A stretch of DNA of 64,000 nucleotides from an uncultured bacterium. Lineage in GTDB: Bacteria; Armatimonadota; Abditibacteriia; Abditibacteriales; Abditibacteriaceae. This document shows, one piece after another, positions 28,118 through 38,344 of this stretch (the first letter of the stretch is position 1; every line of letters starts with the position of its first letter). The notes under the pieces were generated by a model. It had not been told where the DNA came from. It saw only the letters and a program-made list of their open reading frames with translations, and did no database searches. A program made the translations under genes and the position numbers. The stretch is taken from assembly GCA_963843795.1 (NCBI GenBank), contig CAWJLW010000010.1:1-64000 (forward strand). The letters are read 5' to 3'.

Positions 28118-30850
28118 CTAGTCGAGAACCAAAGTTCCCGCGCCATCGAGCCACCAGTTTTGGCGAGTGGTTCCGGCCCACGTCAGCCATTCGTCGCCTT
28201 GCACGCGGCGCACACCGATGTTAAAACCGAGCGTTTTCTGTCCTGCAAGTACTTGCAGCGGCACGCGCCATTCGCCAGTCCACGATTCAGGACCGATTTT
28301 CGCGGCAAAACTTGTTGCTTTCAACAGATTATCTGACAGCGTTTTGGGTGCGCCCGCGTCCAGCGAAACGCGTTTTTGACCGCCCGCGAAACCTTGCAGC
28401 ACAAAAGTCGGGCCTTGCGGATTGGTCGCGCGCAGAGCGATTTCAAAAGCATCGGATGCGCCCCAAGCGCCAGCGAGAATCAATTTATTGGCGCTTTGAA
28501 ATGGCACGCTCACCGCGATGTATAAATTCTGTGCATCGTGCGCAAGATGAGCAACCGCAGGCGCACCGGCGATTTTTTCGCGATTGGGCGTTTCGGCCAA
28601 ACTAATTTCGTTTGCGCCATATTCGTTAGGTTCGACCACACCATCAATTTTCGGTGCGGCGGTGATACGTTTGGCGTGCGCGGGCGGGCCAGAATGAGGG
28701 TCAGCCAGATTTTGCGCGTGAGTTTCTGACACAATTTCAATTGGATGCGCAACCGGCCAGCTAGCGCGACGCTGGTTTCCGGTGCCCTGATAAACGCCGA
28801 TATTTGCGTAATTCAAAGGTACAAAACCGATTTGCTTCACTGCGGAGGCATTCTGATTGACACGCGGCACTGGCGCGCCGATTTTGCCGCCCGCAAGTAC
28901 TTGCTGTGTGGCATCGAGCAGGTTATCGCGCATCGTGACATACGGTTTGGCTTTGCCTTCGATGTCGTCCCACTGCGAATCGACCATGATATTGCGCGCG
29001 ACGACGTTGCCTTTGGGCGCCATTGGTTCGTCTTTCAAAAGCGTCAAAAGTTGAGGATAACGCGTACTCCACGGCGGCGTTTGGTAGGGCCATAATTGCA
29101 ATTTCTGCGTCAGTTCTTCTTTGCCGTATTCACGCCAACCCAAACCACGCGCGTCAATATGTAATGCGCTCTGGCAATCGACGAACAGGTTGTTTAGCAC
29201 TTGGTGATCGCGCCCTCCGCCCAGATGAATCGGGCGTTTTTGGGTTTGAAAAATATTGTTTTCAATCAAAGCGCTGGAAAAATTATCGTCGAGATAAACG
29301 CCGTTCGCGCCTTCGCCGGCGCGGCCATAAATGTGGTGCAGATAATTACCGCGCACGATATTTCCGCGTCCGGCCCAATCGTTCCACGCGTAAACCGCGC
29401 CAGCGTCGTTGGTTTCCTGACACACGTTGTGAATTTCGTTGCCTTCGATGAGATGATCGTTGCCGCTGAACTGCATCGCCTGATGCGGCGCGTCGTTAAT
29501 CAAATTGCGCAACGCGCGATTGCCGACACCATTCAAACTAATCGCCGGATGATAAGTGCGATTCCAGCGGCTATACGCCCAAATGTGGCAATTTTCCACG
29601 CTGTGATTTCCCGGCGTCAAAGTCTTGCGGTCGCCGCCCGTCATCATCACGCCGCCATCGCCTGTTCCCGTAATATCGCAGCCGATGACATGGCAATCGC
29701 GCCCACCATCAATCGTCACTGCATTTTTGCCGCTATTGCGAATCGTGCACGCGCTCAACGTGCAATTTTCGCTGTCTTTGATGGTTACGGCATTTTCCCG
29801 CGCGCCTTCGATAATGAATCCGCGCAGTGCGATATTTTGAGCATTTTGGAATTTCACAGCGGAAGGCAAAATCGAAACCAGAGCGCTGCGTGGGAATTGT
29901 CCGGCCACGCGCTGGTAATCTGAACCTTCATCGGGCGGCAAAATATAAGCGATGCCGCGTTCGCGGTCGAGATACCATTCGCCCGGTTGGTCGATTTCGC
30001 TCAATAAATTAAAAGCGTAGAAGTACTGGCCTTTGCGATAGCCGAAAGCGTGATCGGGTTTATCGAGTGTAAAAATACGTGTTTTGGGGTCGAGGCTGAG
30101 AATTCTCTGGCGCTGATCGGCCCAGTCCCAGAACCAGTAACCCAACAGTTGCGCATCTTTTTCCTGTGCCCAGCGTGCGATGCGCGCATCATCGAGCAAC
30201 GGATCGTCACTGCGAAAAACCCCTTCTTTGGTGCCTTTAGTGCCGCGCACATCAACCGGCGTCGCGCCTAGCGCTTCGCTAATTTTCAAGAAGCCATTAT
30301 TGGGAAAGCGCGAAATGTGCAGCGGCGCATCGTTCCAGAACAGTTCCAAACCTGTGCTGCCGCCTTGACTGAAACCGCCGCTCATTTCGCCGTAATCGCT
30401 GATGCCTTGCGCTTTGAGATCGGCCTGCAAAACGCGGTCGCGCACTTTTGGGTCGAGTTGCGCGCGCACGGCTGCATCGGTCACTTTCTGCCAGCCACTC
30501 ACCTGTTGGCCCGCGCTTAAATGCACGTTCTGATTATCCGCAGCGCGCCACACAACGGCAGTTTTTGCATCTCCGCTATCTTCCGCATCGAATTGTAGCG
30601 GCGCGTCAAGCTGATAATTGCCAGAGAAGAAAACCACTTCGACATTTTCGCCGCGTTTGAGGGCAGCGCGCGCCAATTGCTGCGCACGTTTTGGCGTGGC
30701 GACTGGCTGTTGGCGTGTGCCATTAGCCGTATCTCGTCCGCCGATTGTCACGAAAATTTGCGCGGCATTGGCATTTTTAAGCGCGCAGAACGTGCTGCAA
30801 GTACTTGCCAAAAAAAGCGCGCTGAGTGCGCATTGAAACTGTTTTCGCAT
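28118..30850 (-). CDS. Secreted right-handed beta-helix (pectin lyase fold, GH141-like) protein with C-terminal CBM9-like domain
   Basis: Start MRKQFQ; IFVTIGGRD..NGT..QPVAT, LLSEIDQPGEWYLD, repeated beta-helix coils, NDHLIEGNEIH, DAGAVY, GVYLDD; APKIDGVVEPNEY CBM9-like tail. Confidence 0.8.
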   Translation of the reverse strand: MRKQFQCALSALFLASTCSTFCALKNANAAQIFVTIGGRDTANGTRQQPVATPKRAQQLARAALKRGENVEVVFFSGNYQLDAPLQFDAEDSGDAKTAVVWRAADNQNVHLSAGQQVSGWQKVTDAAVRAQLDPKVRDRVLQADLKAQGISDYGEMSGGFSQGGSTGLELFWNDAPLHISRFPNNGFLKISEALGATPVDVRGTKGTKEGVFRSDDPLLDDARIARWAQEKDAQLLGYWFWDWADQRQRILSLDPKTRIFTLDKPDHAFGYRKGQYFYAFNLLSEIDQPGEWYLDRERGIAYILPPDEGSDYQRVAGQFPRSALVSILPSAVKFQNAQNIALRGFIIEGARENAVTIKDSENCTLSACTIRNSGKNAVTIDGGRDCHVIGCDITGTGDGGVMMTGGDRKTLTPGNHSVENCHIWAYSRWNRTYHPAISLNGVGNRALRNLINDAPHQAMQFSGNDHLIEGNEIHNVCQETNDAGAVYAWNDWAGRGNIVRGNYLHHIYGRAGEGANGVYLDDNFSSALIENNIFQTQKRPIHLGGGRDHQVLNNLFVDCQSALHIDARGLGWREYGKEELTQKLQLWPYQTPPWSTRYPQLLTLLKDEPMAPKGNVVARNIMVDSQWDDIEGKAKPYVTMRDNLLDATQQVLAGGKIGAPVPRVNQNASAVKQIGFVPLNYANIGVYQGTGNQRRASWPVAHPIEIVSETHAQNLADPHSGPPAHAKRITAAPKIDGVVEPNEYGANEISLAETPNREKIAGAPAVAHLAHDAQNLYIAVSVPFQSANKLILAGAWGASDAFEIALRATNPQGPTFVLQGFAGGQKRVSLDAGAPKTLSDNLLKATSFAAKIGPESWTGEWRVPLQVLAGQKTLGFNIGVRRVQGDEWLTWAGTTRQNWWLDGAGTLVLD

Positions 30851-30933
30851 GATTCCAAGTTCCTGTGTTGCGAATGAACGTCTGCAAGTACTTGCAGACG
30901 GATTTGTGGCCCGAACGCTTTTTAAATGCAGTT

Positions 30934-31245
30934 TTAATCGCAATCGACTTCGCATTGCAGACGAATTTCTCGCAGCACAACGGCCACGCGCTGACATTTG
31001 GTGCGGTCGCCGCGATAACAGATCGCACGACCTTTGTGGTGCGCTTCGAGTGTGATTTCGGCTGCGCGTTCAAAAGAACAGGCGGTCGCTTTCATCACTT
31101 GATTTACCACGTCCACGATGTCGTGATGATCATCGTCGTATAAAATCACGCGAAAAGCGGAATCGGTGCCGCTGCCGTCGTCGATTTCGAGGTTTTCAAT
31201 TTCTTCAATAAGAGGTGAAATGCTGGGAAGAGTTTCTATCGGCAT
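30934..31245 (-). CDS. clpS: ATP-dependent Clp protease adaptor ClpS
   Basis: FRVILYDDDHH..VV.QVMKAT, A.EITLEAHHKGRAICY.G. Confidence 0.85.
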   Translation of the reverse strand: MPIETLPSISPLIEEIENLEIDDGSGTDSAFRVILYDDDHHDIVDVVNQVMKATACSFERAAEITLEAHHKGRAICYRGDRTKCQRVAVVLREIRLQCEVDCD

Positions 31246-31421
31246 AGCAGTTGGGAAAGCAGGCGGAAGAATTTATGAATCGCCAACACGCTTCAAAAGT
31301 TGTCGCGTTGCCCCGCCTTCGCAGGCTGCATTATACTCGCAGACAGCGAATCTTCGCACAAATGGCAGTTGCGAGCTTACCAGCAAGGGCACCTGAAGGC
31401 GAAGAATTTGTCGAGAGCCTT

Positions 31422-31901
31422 ATGAAAATTTCTACGCGCGGCGAATATGGATTACGTGCCCTGATGGAGCTGGGCTTGGAGCCGGACAAGCCATTGTCGT
31501 TGCGCGATATCGCCGCACGACAAAACATTTCACCCGATTATCTCGAACAAATCGTGCCAGCCCTCAAAAATGCGGGTCTGGTGCGCGCGCGTCGTGGCGC
31601 TCAGGGCGGCTATTTATTGGCTAAATCCGCATCACGCATCACGGTTTACGAGGCGCTTTTAGCTCTTGAAGGCCCGCTTGATCCGATGGCGTGCTTATCC
31701 GAAGAAAGTTCGGATGTCGGTTGCCTGGCGTCCAACTCGTGCGCGGTGCAAGACGTATGGCGCGAAATGCGCGACGCGATGGAAGAAGTGTTGCGCCGCA
31801 TCACTTTGGCCGAAATGGTGGAAAAGCAACGCAAACGTTTCGGTGTGCCAATTCGCACCCACAGCGAAGGTGAAATTATGTCGCTGGTCGTTTTGAATTA
31901 G
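31422..31901 (+). CDS. Rrf2 family transcriptional regulator (CymR/IscR-like, three Cys)
   Basis: MKISTRGEYGLRAL, ISPDYLEQI, RGAQGGYLL, ALEGPL..C..C..C; directly upstream of sat. Confidence 0.92.
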   Translation: MKISTRGEYGLRALMELGLEPDKPLSLRDIAARQNISPDYLEQIVPALKNAGLVRARRGAQGGYLLAKSASRITVYEALLALEGPLDPMACLSEESSDVGCLASNSCAVQDVWREMRDAMEEVLRRITLAEMVEKQRKRFGVPIRTHSEGEIMSLVVLN

Positions 31902-31984
31902 TCGATTTTTAGATTCAGGGAACGCTGCAAGTACTTGCGGCGCTTCCTTTTTTTTGCTCAACAATAAGGAATAAATCTAACTCT

Positions 31985-33145
31985 ATGCAGACCGAGATTC
32001 CGCCGCACGGCGGCACTTTAGTCAACGCGTTTATCGCAGGCGATGAAGCCAGCGCTTTATGCGAGCGAGCGCGTTCAATGCCCAAGATTCATCTCGCCGA
32101 CCGTCGCCTCAGCGATTTGGAGATGATTGGTTGCGGTGCGTTTTCTCCGCTCGATGGTTTCATGAAGCGCGCCGATTATGAGCAAGTTGTCGTTAACAAG
32201 CGCTTAAGCAACGGTCTTCCGTGGACAATTCCCATCACACTGGCTGTCACGGCGGATGAAGCCAATGAACTCGAAATCGACGGAGAAGTGGCCTTAGTCG
32301 ATAAATTCGAGAACATTTTGGCCGTGATGCAGCTCGAAGAAATCTACAAATACGACCGCGAACGCGAAGCGCGTTTGGTTTATCGCACCACTGATGACGC
32401 GCATCCCGGCGTGCGCAATTTGTATCGGCGCGGCGATATTCATCTGGGCGGCAAGCTGCGCGTTTTGCGCGAACGCGTGGATAAAGCGTTTCCCGAATAT
32501 CGTTTAACGCCGGAAAAAATGCGCCGCGCGTTCGCCGAGCGCGGCTGGCGCAAAATCGTTGGTTTCCAAACCCGCAACCCGATTCATCGCGCCCACGAAT
32601 ATCTCACCAAATGCGCGCTGGAAACTATGGACGGATTGTTAATTCATCCTTTGGTCGGCGTTGCCAAAGACGAAGATATTCCGGCTGAAGTGCGCATGGA
32701 ATGTTACCGCGTTTTGATCGAAAACTATTATCCGCAAGAGCGCGTTTTGCTGGCGGTTTTGCCCGCCGCAATGCGTTACGCTGGGCCGCGCGAAGCAATT
32801 TTGCACGCCCTGGTGCGCAAAAATTATGGTTGCACTCACTTCATCGTCGGGCGCGACCATGCGGGCGTCGGCAATTACTACGGCACTTATGACGCGCAGT
32901 ATATTTTCGACGAATACGAACCTGGCGAACTGGGCATCACGCCGCTTTTGTTCGACCACGCATTTTACAGTCCCGCGATGGGCGGCATGGCGACCGATAA
33001 AACCGCGCCCAAAGACGCCGAGCGCATCACGCTTTCGGGCACCAAAGTGCGCCAAATGTTGATGGATGGCCAAGCGCCGCCGCCGGAATTCACGCGCCCC
33101 GAAGTCGCGCAAGTTTTGATTCAAGCGATGCAGAATCGCGGTTAG
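31985..33145 (+). CDS. sat: Sulfate adenylyltransferase
   Basis: PHGGTLV, GAFSPLDGFM, FQTRNPIHRAHEY, MRYAGPREA, HFIVGRDHAGVG, LSGTKVR. Confidence 0.97.
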   Translation: MQTEIPPHGGTLVNAFIAGDEASALCERARSMPKIHLADRRLSDLEMIGCGAFSPLDGFMKRADYEQVVVNKRLSNGLPWTIPITLAVTADEANELEIDGEVALVDKFENILAVMQLEEIYKYDREREARLVYRTTDDAHPGVRNLYRRGDIHLGGKLRVLRERVDKAFPEYRLTPEKMRRAFAERGWRKIVGFQTRNPIHRAHEYLTKCALETMDGLLIHPLVGVAKDEDIPAEVRMECYRVLIENYYPQERVLLAVLPAAMRYAGPREAILHALVRKNYGCTHFIVGRDHAGVGNYYGTYDAQYIFDEYEPGELGITPLLFDHAFYSPAMGGMATDKTAPKDAERITLSGTKVRQMLMDGQAPPPEFTRPEVAQVLIQAMQNRG

Positions 33146-33195
33146 GTTTGCGCAATTACAGGGCGCTGCAAGTACTTGCAGCGCCGAATTTCTTT

Positions 33196-35283
33196 ATGAT
33201 AGCCGCTTTACGCCATCGCACCGATGATCTCATTCAAGATCGCTACAAAGTTTTGGGCGAATTGGGTGCGGGCGCGTTTGGCACGGTCTATCACTGCCGC
33301 GATTTGGAACTGGACACCAGTGTCGCCATCAAGGAACTGCACGTTCTCGACGAGCCGGATTCGCAGCGCGACGAACGTTTGCAAGCCTTAGCCCAGTTCC
33401 GACGCGAAGCGATTCATCTGGGCGAACTGCGCCATCCTCACATCGTAAGCGGCCATTATCAGCCGCATTCCGGTTTGTGGCTGGTGTGCCCCTTGTGCGG
33501 TTTCGCTTTTCGTGGCACGCCTAATTGTCCCGAACACGGTGCCAGACCCGTCGTTGTGAAACAACGCCATTATCTGGTGATGGAATATATCGACGGGCAA
33601 GATTTGGAAAGCGCGGCGCTGAGCAATGGCGGACATTTGCCGCTCGAGCATACGCTTAAATACGCACGCCAAATCGCTGAGGCTCTGGGTCTGATTCACG
33701 AACGCGGCTGGGTGCATCGCGATGTAAAACCCGAAAATATCCGGTTGCGTTCGCGCGGCGACAATGCAGTGCTATTGGATTTCGGAATCGCCACCCAAAG
33801 CGGCGCTTCGGGTGAATACTCGACGCGTGCCGCGCGCCACACGACCGGAGGCGGCACTTTGGGCTACGCGCCCGAAAATAGTGACGAGCGCCGCCATCCC
33901 GATGCGAGGAGCGATTTGCACGCGCTGGGTATGACACTTTACCGATTGCTGTCAGGCTTAGACCCACTCGAAGCCGCCGACCTGGTGCAAATGCGCACCA
34001 AGCGCCCGTCTTATTTCAACTCGAACATTCCGCCCGCGCTGGACGATCTTATCGTTTCGTGCATCGCCACCAATCCCGGAAAACGACCGCAAAGCGCACA
34101 GGAAATCGTGCGCATTCTGGATAACATTCTTCAGCCCGCCGATACGCCCGCTCCGATTCCTGATGTCGCGCCAACGCCAAGTTCGACTGCCGTGCAGGCG
34201 CCCTTTGTTTTCAATAGCGGCGAAAGCGCGACTAACCTGACGCAGCTTGTACGTTTGTGCGACAAATATCGCAGCGAAGGCGAAGATTATTTGTATAACG
34301 GCGATATTGCCAGTTGGTTGGTCAATAATGGCCGCTACGAAATGGCCACGCGCGCCACGCGCGCTGTGGGCGATTACAACGGGCAGCGCGCACAAGGTTT
34401 GGAAGCTTTTATCGCCGCGACCGGCGTTTTGCCGCCACCGCAACTCAGCGTCGTTCCAGAGAAATTGGAATTCGGGAATGTGTGGGTCGGACAAAAGCGC
34501 GCCGTCGATTTGCAAATCAGCAATACCGGACGCGGTCATTTATTCGGCACATTGAACACTCGCTATTCGCATCTAGAATTTCCCGAAGGTTTTGAGGGCA
34601 GTCCGCAAACCGTTCCGATTGTACTTGAAGCGCGCGGTTTGCAAAGCGGCGAATACGAAGGCGATCTGGAAATCCAATCGAGCGGCGGCGAAATCCGCCT
34701 GCCGTTTCATTTCACGGTTTACCGTCGCCGTTCGATGTGGCCGTTCTGGAGCGTGCTGTTGTGGGCATTATTGGGCGGCTTGGCGGGCTTGTCGCTGCGC
34801 ACGTTTCCCTTTGTGCAATCGCCGCTCGAATTTCAACGCCGCTGGCTTTCGGACGCGGTCGATTTTGGCAACATGGAACAGCGCGTCACGATTTCCATTA
34901 TTTTCGCCATCGGCATCTGGCTCAGTTTTCTATTTCTGATTATCGGCGAATCCACGCGCCGCAAATCGTTCGCAGTTTTCGTTTCAGGCGCGCTGGCTGC
35001 TTCGACCATCGCTTTCGCCGGAGTTTTCGCCGCCCCGCAAATTCTGGTCGCGATAGATCAAGGCTTACAACCGGCGTTTCGGCCCTTAGTTGATAACTGG
35101 CCTTCGGGTGCGTGGATGCTATGCGGCGGATTAATTGGCGCGATTTATGGCACGGTGCGACGCTGGCGCGATTTGCTGACCACGCGCCTGTGGCAAGTCG
35201 TCGGCGGCTGGCTGCTGGCTATCATTATTCTTTACGGTGTGCTGGCTTTTGTCGTATTATCGGCGCGCGAAGTTGTCGGATAA
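33196..35283 (+). CDS. Hanks-type Ser/Thr protein kinase with Ig-like domain and multiple C-terminal TM helices
   Basis: LGAGAFGTVY, VAIKE, LVMEY, VHRDVKPENI, LLDFGIA, GTLGYAPE; Cys-rich insert in the N-lobe; LEFGNV..ISNTGRGHLFG Ig-like segment; about 5 hydrophobic helices. Confidence 0.93.
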   Translation: MIAALRHRTDDLIQDRYKVLGELGAGAFGTVYHCRDLELDTSVAIKELHVLDEPDSQRDERLQALAQFRREAIHLGELRHPHIVSGHYQPHSGLWLVCPLCGFAFRGTPNCPEHGARPVVVKQRHYLVMEYIDGQDLESAALSNGGHLPLEHTLKYARQIAEALGLIHERGWVHRDVKPENIRLRSRGDNAVLLDFGIATQSGASGEYSTRAARHTTGGGTLGYAPENSDERRHPDARSDLHALGMTLYRLLSGLDPLEAADLVQMRTKRPSYFNSNIPPALDDLIVSCIATNPGKRPQSAQEIVRILDNILQPADTPAPIPDVAPTPSSTAVQAPFVFNSGESATNLTQLVRLCDKYRSEGEDYLYNGDIASWLVNNGRYEMATRATRAVGDYNGQRAQGLEAFIAATGVLPPPQLSVVPEKLEFGNVWVGQKRAVDLQISNTGRGHLFGTLNTRYSHLEFPEGFEGSPQTVPIVLEARGLQSGEYEGDLEIQSSGGEIRLPFHFTVYRRRSMWPFWSVLLWALLGGLAGLSLRTFPFVQSPLEFQRRWLSDAVDFGNMEQRVTISIIFAIGIWLSFLFLIIGESTRRKSFAVFVSGALAASTIAFAGVFAAPQILVAIDQGLQPAFRPLVDNWPSGAWMLCGGLIGAIYGTVRRWRDLLTTRLWQVVGGWLLAIIILYGVLAFVVLSAREVVG

Positions 35284-35294
35284 AAATAAAAAAC

Positions 35295-35318
35295 GTTCTG
35301 GCAAGTACTTGCCAGAAC
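35295..35318. terminator. 24-bp palindrome centred on the iterated motif, flanked by A/T tracts between convergent genes
   Basis: GTTCTGGCAAGTACTTGCCAGAAC with upstream TAAAAATAAAAAAC and downstream TCTTTTTT. Confidence 0.7.
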
Positions 35319-35353
35319 TCTTTTTTGTCTTAATCTGGTGAAATTTTCGCGAT

Positions 35354-36895
35354 TCACCAAATCAATTTATCGGCTTGTTCGGGCGTGATGAGCGCGGCAT
35401 GACCATCGGCGAAGCCAACGGCAGCTTTGCCACCGAAGCGATAATCCACACTGTGCGGCCCATCGCCCGCTTCGTAAATCATCGGCGTGTTCTGTGGTTG
35501 CGCAATGGCGCCGCCGTTTTGGCCGAACAGATTCGGATTGATTTTGTAGTGAGTGATTTTGGTTTCACCGGTGCTCGGAACTTGAAAAATCTGCTCGTTT
35601 TTCACATACGGCATGATGCTTTTGATGAAATTTTCCTCGTCAAATTCATATTTCTCGTCGTGATCTTGCACGAATTGCAGAATGCCCAAACCAAGTTGTT
35701 TAATGTTGCTTAGCGAAGTACGCGAAATTTGGTTCATCACCAGTTCGTTCGGCTGCGTCATTACGCGCGCCCATTGATTGATAAGACCGTCGCGTTCGTC
35801 GCGCCCGCTTTCGATCATTTTTTCGGCAAAAGCGCTCATCATTTCCGTGCGTTGCGCGGGTGTATCGAATTCTGGCGTAGCGCGTAAATCGGGTTGTGGA
35901 ACCGGCGCATTGGGTACGATGCGCCATTGGACGTTTTCGCCTTCACCTTCGCGCACAAGTTCGACTTGCTCGAAGCGCGACAGCAACGTTTGCGTTTGCA
36001 CACCCGCCACAACCTCTTCGGGGCGCAGTGATGTGGATAAGCGCGCGCTAAATTTATCGGCAGCGTCGGGCACGGAATTTTTCTCCCACAGCGGCGTGGA
36101 AACGATTTTCCACTGCGGCCTGTCGATTTGTAACTGTTGCTGCAAACGTTGCAGCCAAACCGTGTTCTGGCCGCCCACGACATCGCTCGCAGCCATCTCC
36201 AAATCTTGCGAGTTGATCGCGTTCATGAAATGTTCCAGCAACGTATCGGGCGCCCGGCGCGCCCGACGCGCGGCTTCGACGCGTTCTTGACGCGCGTTTT
36301 CATCCGGCGCGGGTTCGCCCAAAAGCAAACGCGCCCATTGATTGATAAAACCGTCGCTTTCATCACGCGCCTGCGCCACAGCATCAGTGGCATTTTTAGG
36401 GACTGGCGGCTGAGGACGAGGCACGATTTTCCAGAATTCGCCATCGCGCTGCAAATCGACGGTTTCAAAGCGCGCCAGCAGCGGCATCATTTGTTCGTTC
36501 AGTATCGATTCGCGAATATCCAAAACTGTCGCCACGCGCGCAGTGAATTTGTCGTTGGGCGCGAAATCAAACAGCGGCATCATCTCCAGCGTAGCGCTCG
36601 GTTTGCGCCGTATTTTCTCTTTGAGCGCGCGCACCCAAGGTATGTTGTCCGCGCCCAGCACATCGCTCGCGGCTTTTTCGTATTCGCCGCTGCGAAGCGC
36701 GTTCAGGAAATGGCTCAACATCGTATCCGGCGCGCGCCGCATCTTGTCTTCTTCCTCGCGCATGCGCTGTTCCCAATTAATTCGGGGCGCAACGGGAGTC
36801 TGGCCGCGACCCGGAACATTGGGGCGTTCCGGCGGCTGCGCGTGCGCCACGCTCAGCGATAAGATTAAGCCCGCCCCGATTACTGACTGTTTCAT
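35354..36895 (-). CDS. Secreted protein with two tandem internal repeats and a C-terminal DUF1559/H-X9-DG-like module
   Basis: Start MKQSV after AAGGAG; repeat RRAPDT.L.HF.NA..AASDV.G..DKF.AR..LL.RFE.V.L.R.G..W.IVP..RDE.DG.INQWAR occurs twice; then SLSNIKQLGLGILQFVQDHDEKY..AAVGFADGHA. Confidence 0.8.
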   Translation of the reverse strand: MKQSVIGAGLILSLSVAHAQPPERPNVPGRGQTPVAPRINWEQRMREEEDKMRRAPDTMLSHFLNALRSGEYEKAASDVLGADNIPWVRALKEKIRRKPSATLEMMPLFDFAPNDKFTARVATVLDIRESILNEQMMPLLARFETVDLQRDGEFWKIVPRPQPPVPKNATDAVAQARDESDGFINQWARLLLGEPAPDENARQERVEAARRARRAPDTLLEHFMNAINSQDLEMAASDVVGGQNTVWLQRLQQQLQIDRPQWKIVSTPLWEKNSVPDAADKFSARLSTSLRPEEVVAGVQTQTLLSRFEQVELVREGEGENVQWRIVPNAPVPQPDLRATPEFDTPAQRTEMMSAFAEKMIESGRDERDGLINQWARVMTQPNELVMNQISRTSLSNIKQLGLGILQFVQDHDEKYEFDEENFIKSIMPYVKNEQIFQVPSTGETKITHYKINPNLFGQNGGAIAQPQNTPMIYEAGDGPHSVDYRFGGKAAVGFADGHAALITPEQADKLIW

Positions 36896-36909
36896 TTGCG
36901 TTCTCCTTT

Positions 36910-37242
36910 TCATTCCATCGCATAAACGCTCATCAGCACGCGACTTTCTTCATCGAACGCGACACCTTCGCTTTCCAATTTTTCGTGCTGTTCCTGCGCC
37001 AGTTGCGGCGCGCGTTTGGAAATTACCAGGCGTCCATCTTTGGCGACCACGCGCCACCACGGCGCATCGCGGATTTGCTGCATAATGCGCCCGCAAACGT
37101 AGCCCGAAATGGGTGGTTCACACCGCGCGCCCAAAGCGCCATACGACATCACGCGTCCGGCTGGAATTGCACACACAAGCGCCACGACTTGTTCGGGAAT
37201 TGACGTCGATTCTTCGTTATCTGGTTCGGTTTCAGGGCTCAT
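36910..37242 (-). CDS. Alkyltransferase-like (ATL/MGMT family) DNA-binding protein
   Basis: IPAGRVMSYG, PWWRVV (Trp in place of the catalytic Cys), Q..KLESEGV.F. Confidence 0.88.
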   Translation of the reverse strand: MSPETEPDNEESTSIPEQVVALVCAIPAGRVMSYGALGARCEPPISGYVCGRIMQQIRDAPWWRVVAKDGRLVISKRAPQLAQEQHEKLESEGVAFDEESRVLMSVYAME

Positions 37243-37298
37243 AATGCGCGGCAAGTACTTGCACAGGGTTTCGAATATTGTAAGTCAATTAATCAGAA

Positions 37299-37342
37299 AG
37301 CCCAAAAGCGCCCTGCAAGTACTTGCAGGGCGCTTTCGGGCT
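37299..37342 (-). terminator. 44-bp hairpin (one mismatch) centred on the iterated motif, downstream of the isomerase gene
   Basis: AGCCCAAAAGCGCCCTGCAAGTACTTGCAGGGCGCTTTCGGGCT. Confidence 0.75.
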
Positions 37343-37349
37343 GCTTAAA

Positions 37350-38213
37350 TCAGCATTCGCTCAGAAATTGAGCCGATTCCAAAAAGCCGCGTTTTTCGCC
37401 CTCTTCGCTGCCATTGTAGTTCATGTCTTCCAACTCGATACAAATCGCGCCTTTGTAATCGTTGTCTTTCAAGACGCGACAGATTTCTTTCCAATCCGAA
37501 TCGCCCGCGCCGGGAATGGTGTAACGCCACGCCGAAGCACCAAAGGCCGGGTCATCTTTGAAAGTGGCGGGCTGTTCGTGGCCGAAATTGTATAAATCAT
37601 CGGCGACGATTTTGGCATCTTTGCCGTGAACGTGATACACGCGACCGACAAATTCGTTCAGGAAACGCAGCGGGTCGATGCCCATGCGAATCAAGTGAGA
37701 TGGATCGTAGTTGATACCCATTGATTGCGATGAACATTCTTGGAAAAATGCACGGTAGCTTTCAGGCGTGCAGCATAATGCGCCCGGTCCCGGCCAACCT
37801 TCGATGACCAGATGGCCATTGGCTTTTTCCATCGCGGGAGACAATTCGTTGAACGATTCAACCATGTAACCAAAATTCTCGCGGCGCGACAATTCGGTGT
37901 TCTTGGGCAGCATTACAGTGAAATAATTACGCGCTCCGCACTTTTCGATATGTTCGCTGTTTTTGGCGACGGCATCGGCGCGTTCGGCTTTATCAGGCGA
38001 AAGCATATTCTGCCAATCCAATAAATCAATCGAGCCGACCTGCAGGCCGGCATCTTCGACGATTTGAATTTGTGCGGGGTCGCGGCTCAAATCGATGGCA
38101 GCAAAGCCGTTGGCTTTGGCCCATTGAGCCAATGCGGTGAGGTCGCTTTGCCAGCCGCCGCCGCGCCGAAAGCCGATAGGGAAATTGCCGGTTTTGGTTT
38201 GAAACGTGTTCAT
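37350..38213 (-). CDS. Sugar phosphate isomerase/epimerase (xylose isomerase-like TIM barrel)
   Basis: LVIEGWP, GINYDPSHL, VYHVHGKD, YTIPGAG..DW, ICIELED. Confidence 0.88.
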   Translation of the reverse strand: MNTFQTKTGNFPIGFRRGGGWQSDLTALAQWAKANGFAAIDLSRDPAQIQIVEDAGLQVGSIDLLDWQNMLSPDKAERADAVAKNSEHIEKCGARNYFTVMLPKNTELSRRENFGYMVESFNELSPAMEKANGHLVIEGWPGPGALCCTPESYRAFFQECSSQSMGINYDPSHLIRMGIDPLRFLNEFVGRVYHVHGKDAKIVADDLYNFGHEQPATFKDDPAFGASAWRYTIPGAGDSDWKEICRVLKDNDYKGAICIELEDMNYNGSEEGEKRGFLESAQFLSEC

Positions 38214-38344
38214 AAATTCCTTCGCAGTAAATTTTCCAGCATTTAAAGCCGGGAATGGATATTATAAGCCCTGCAAGTACTTGCAGGTATAAATCGCTGC
38301 GAAAGAGCTACAAAAAAGGCGTGGGTCGCGTAAAATAGAACCTT

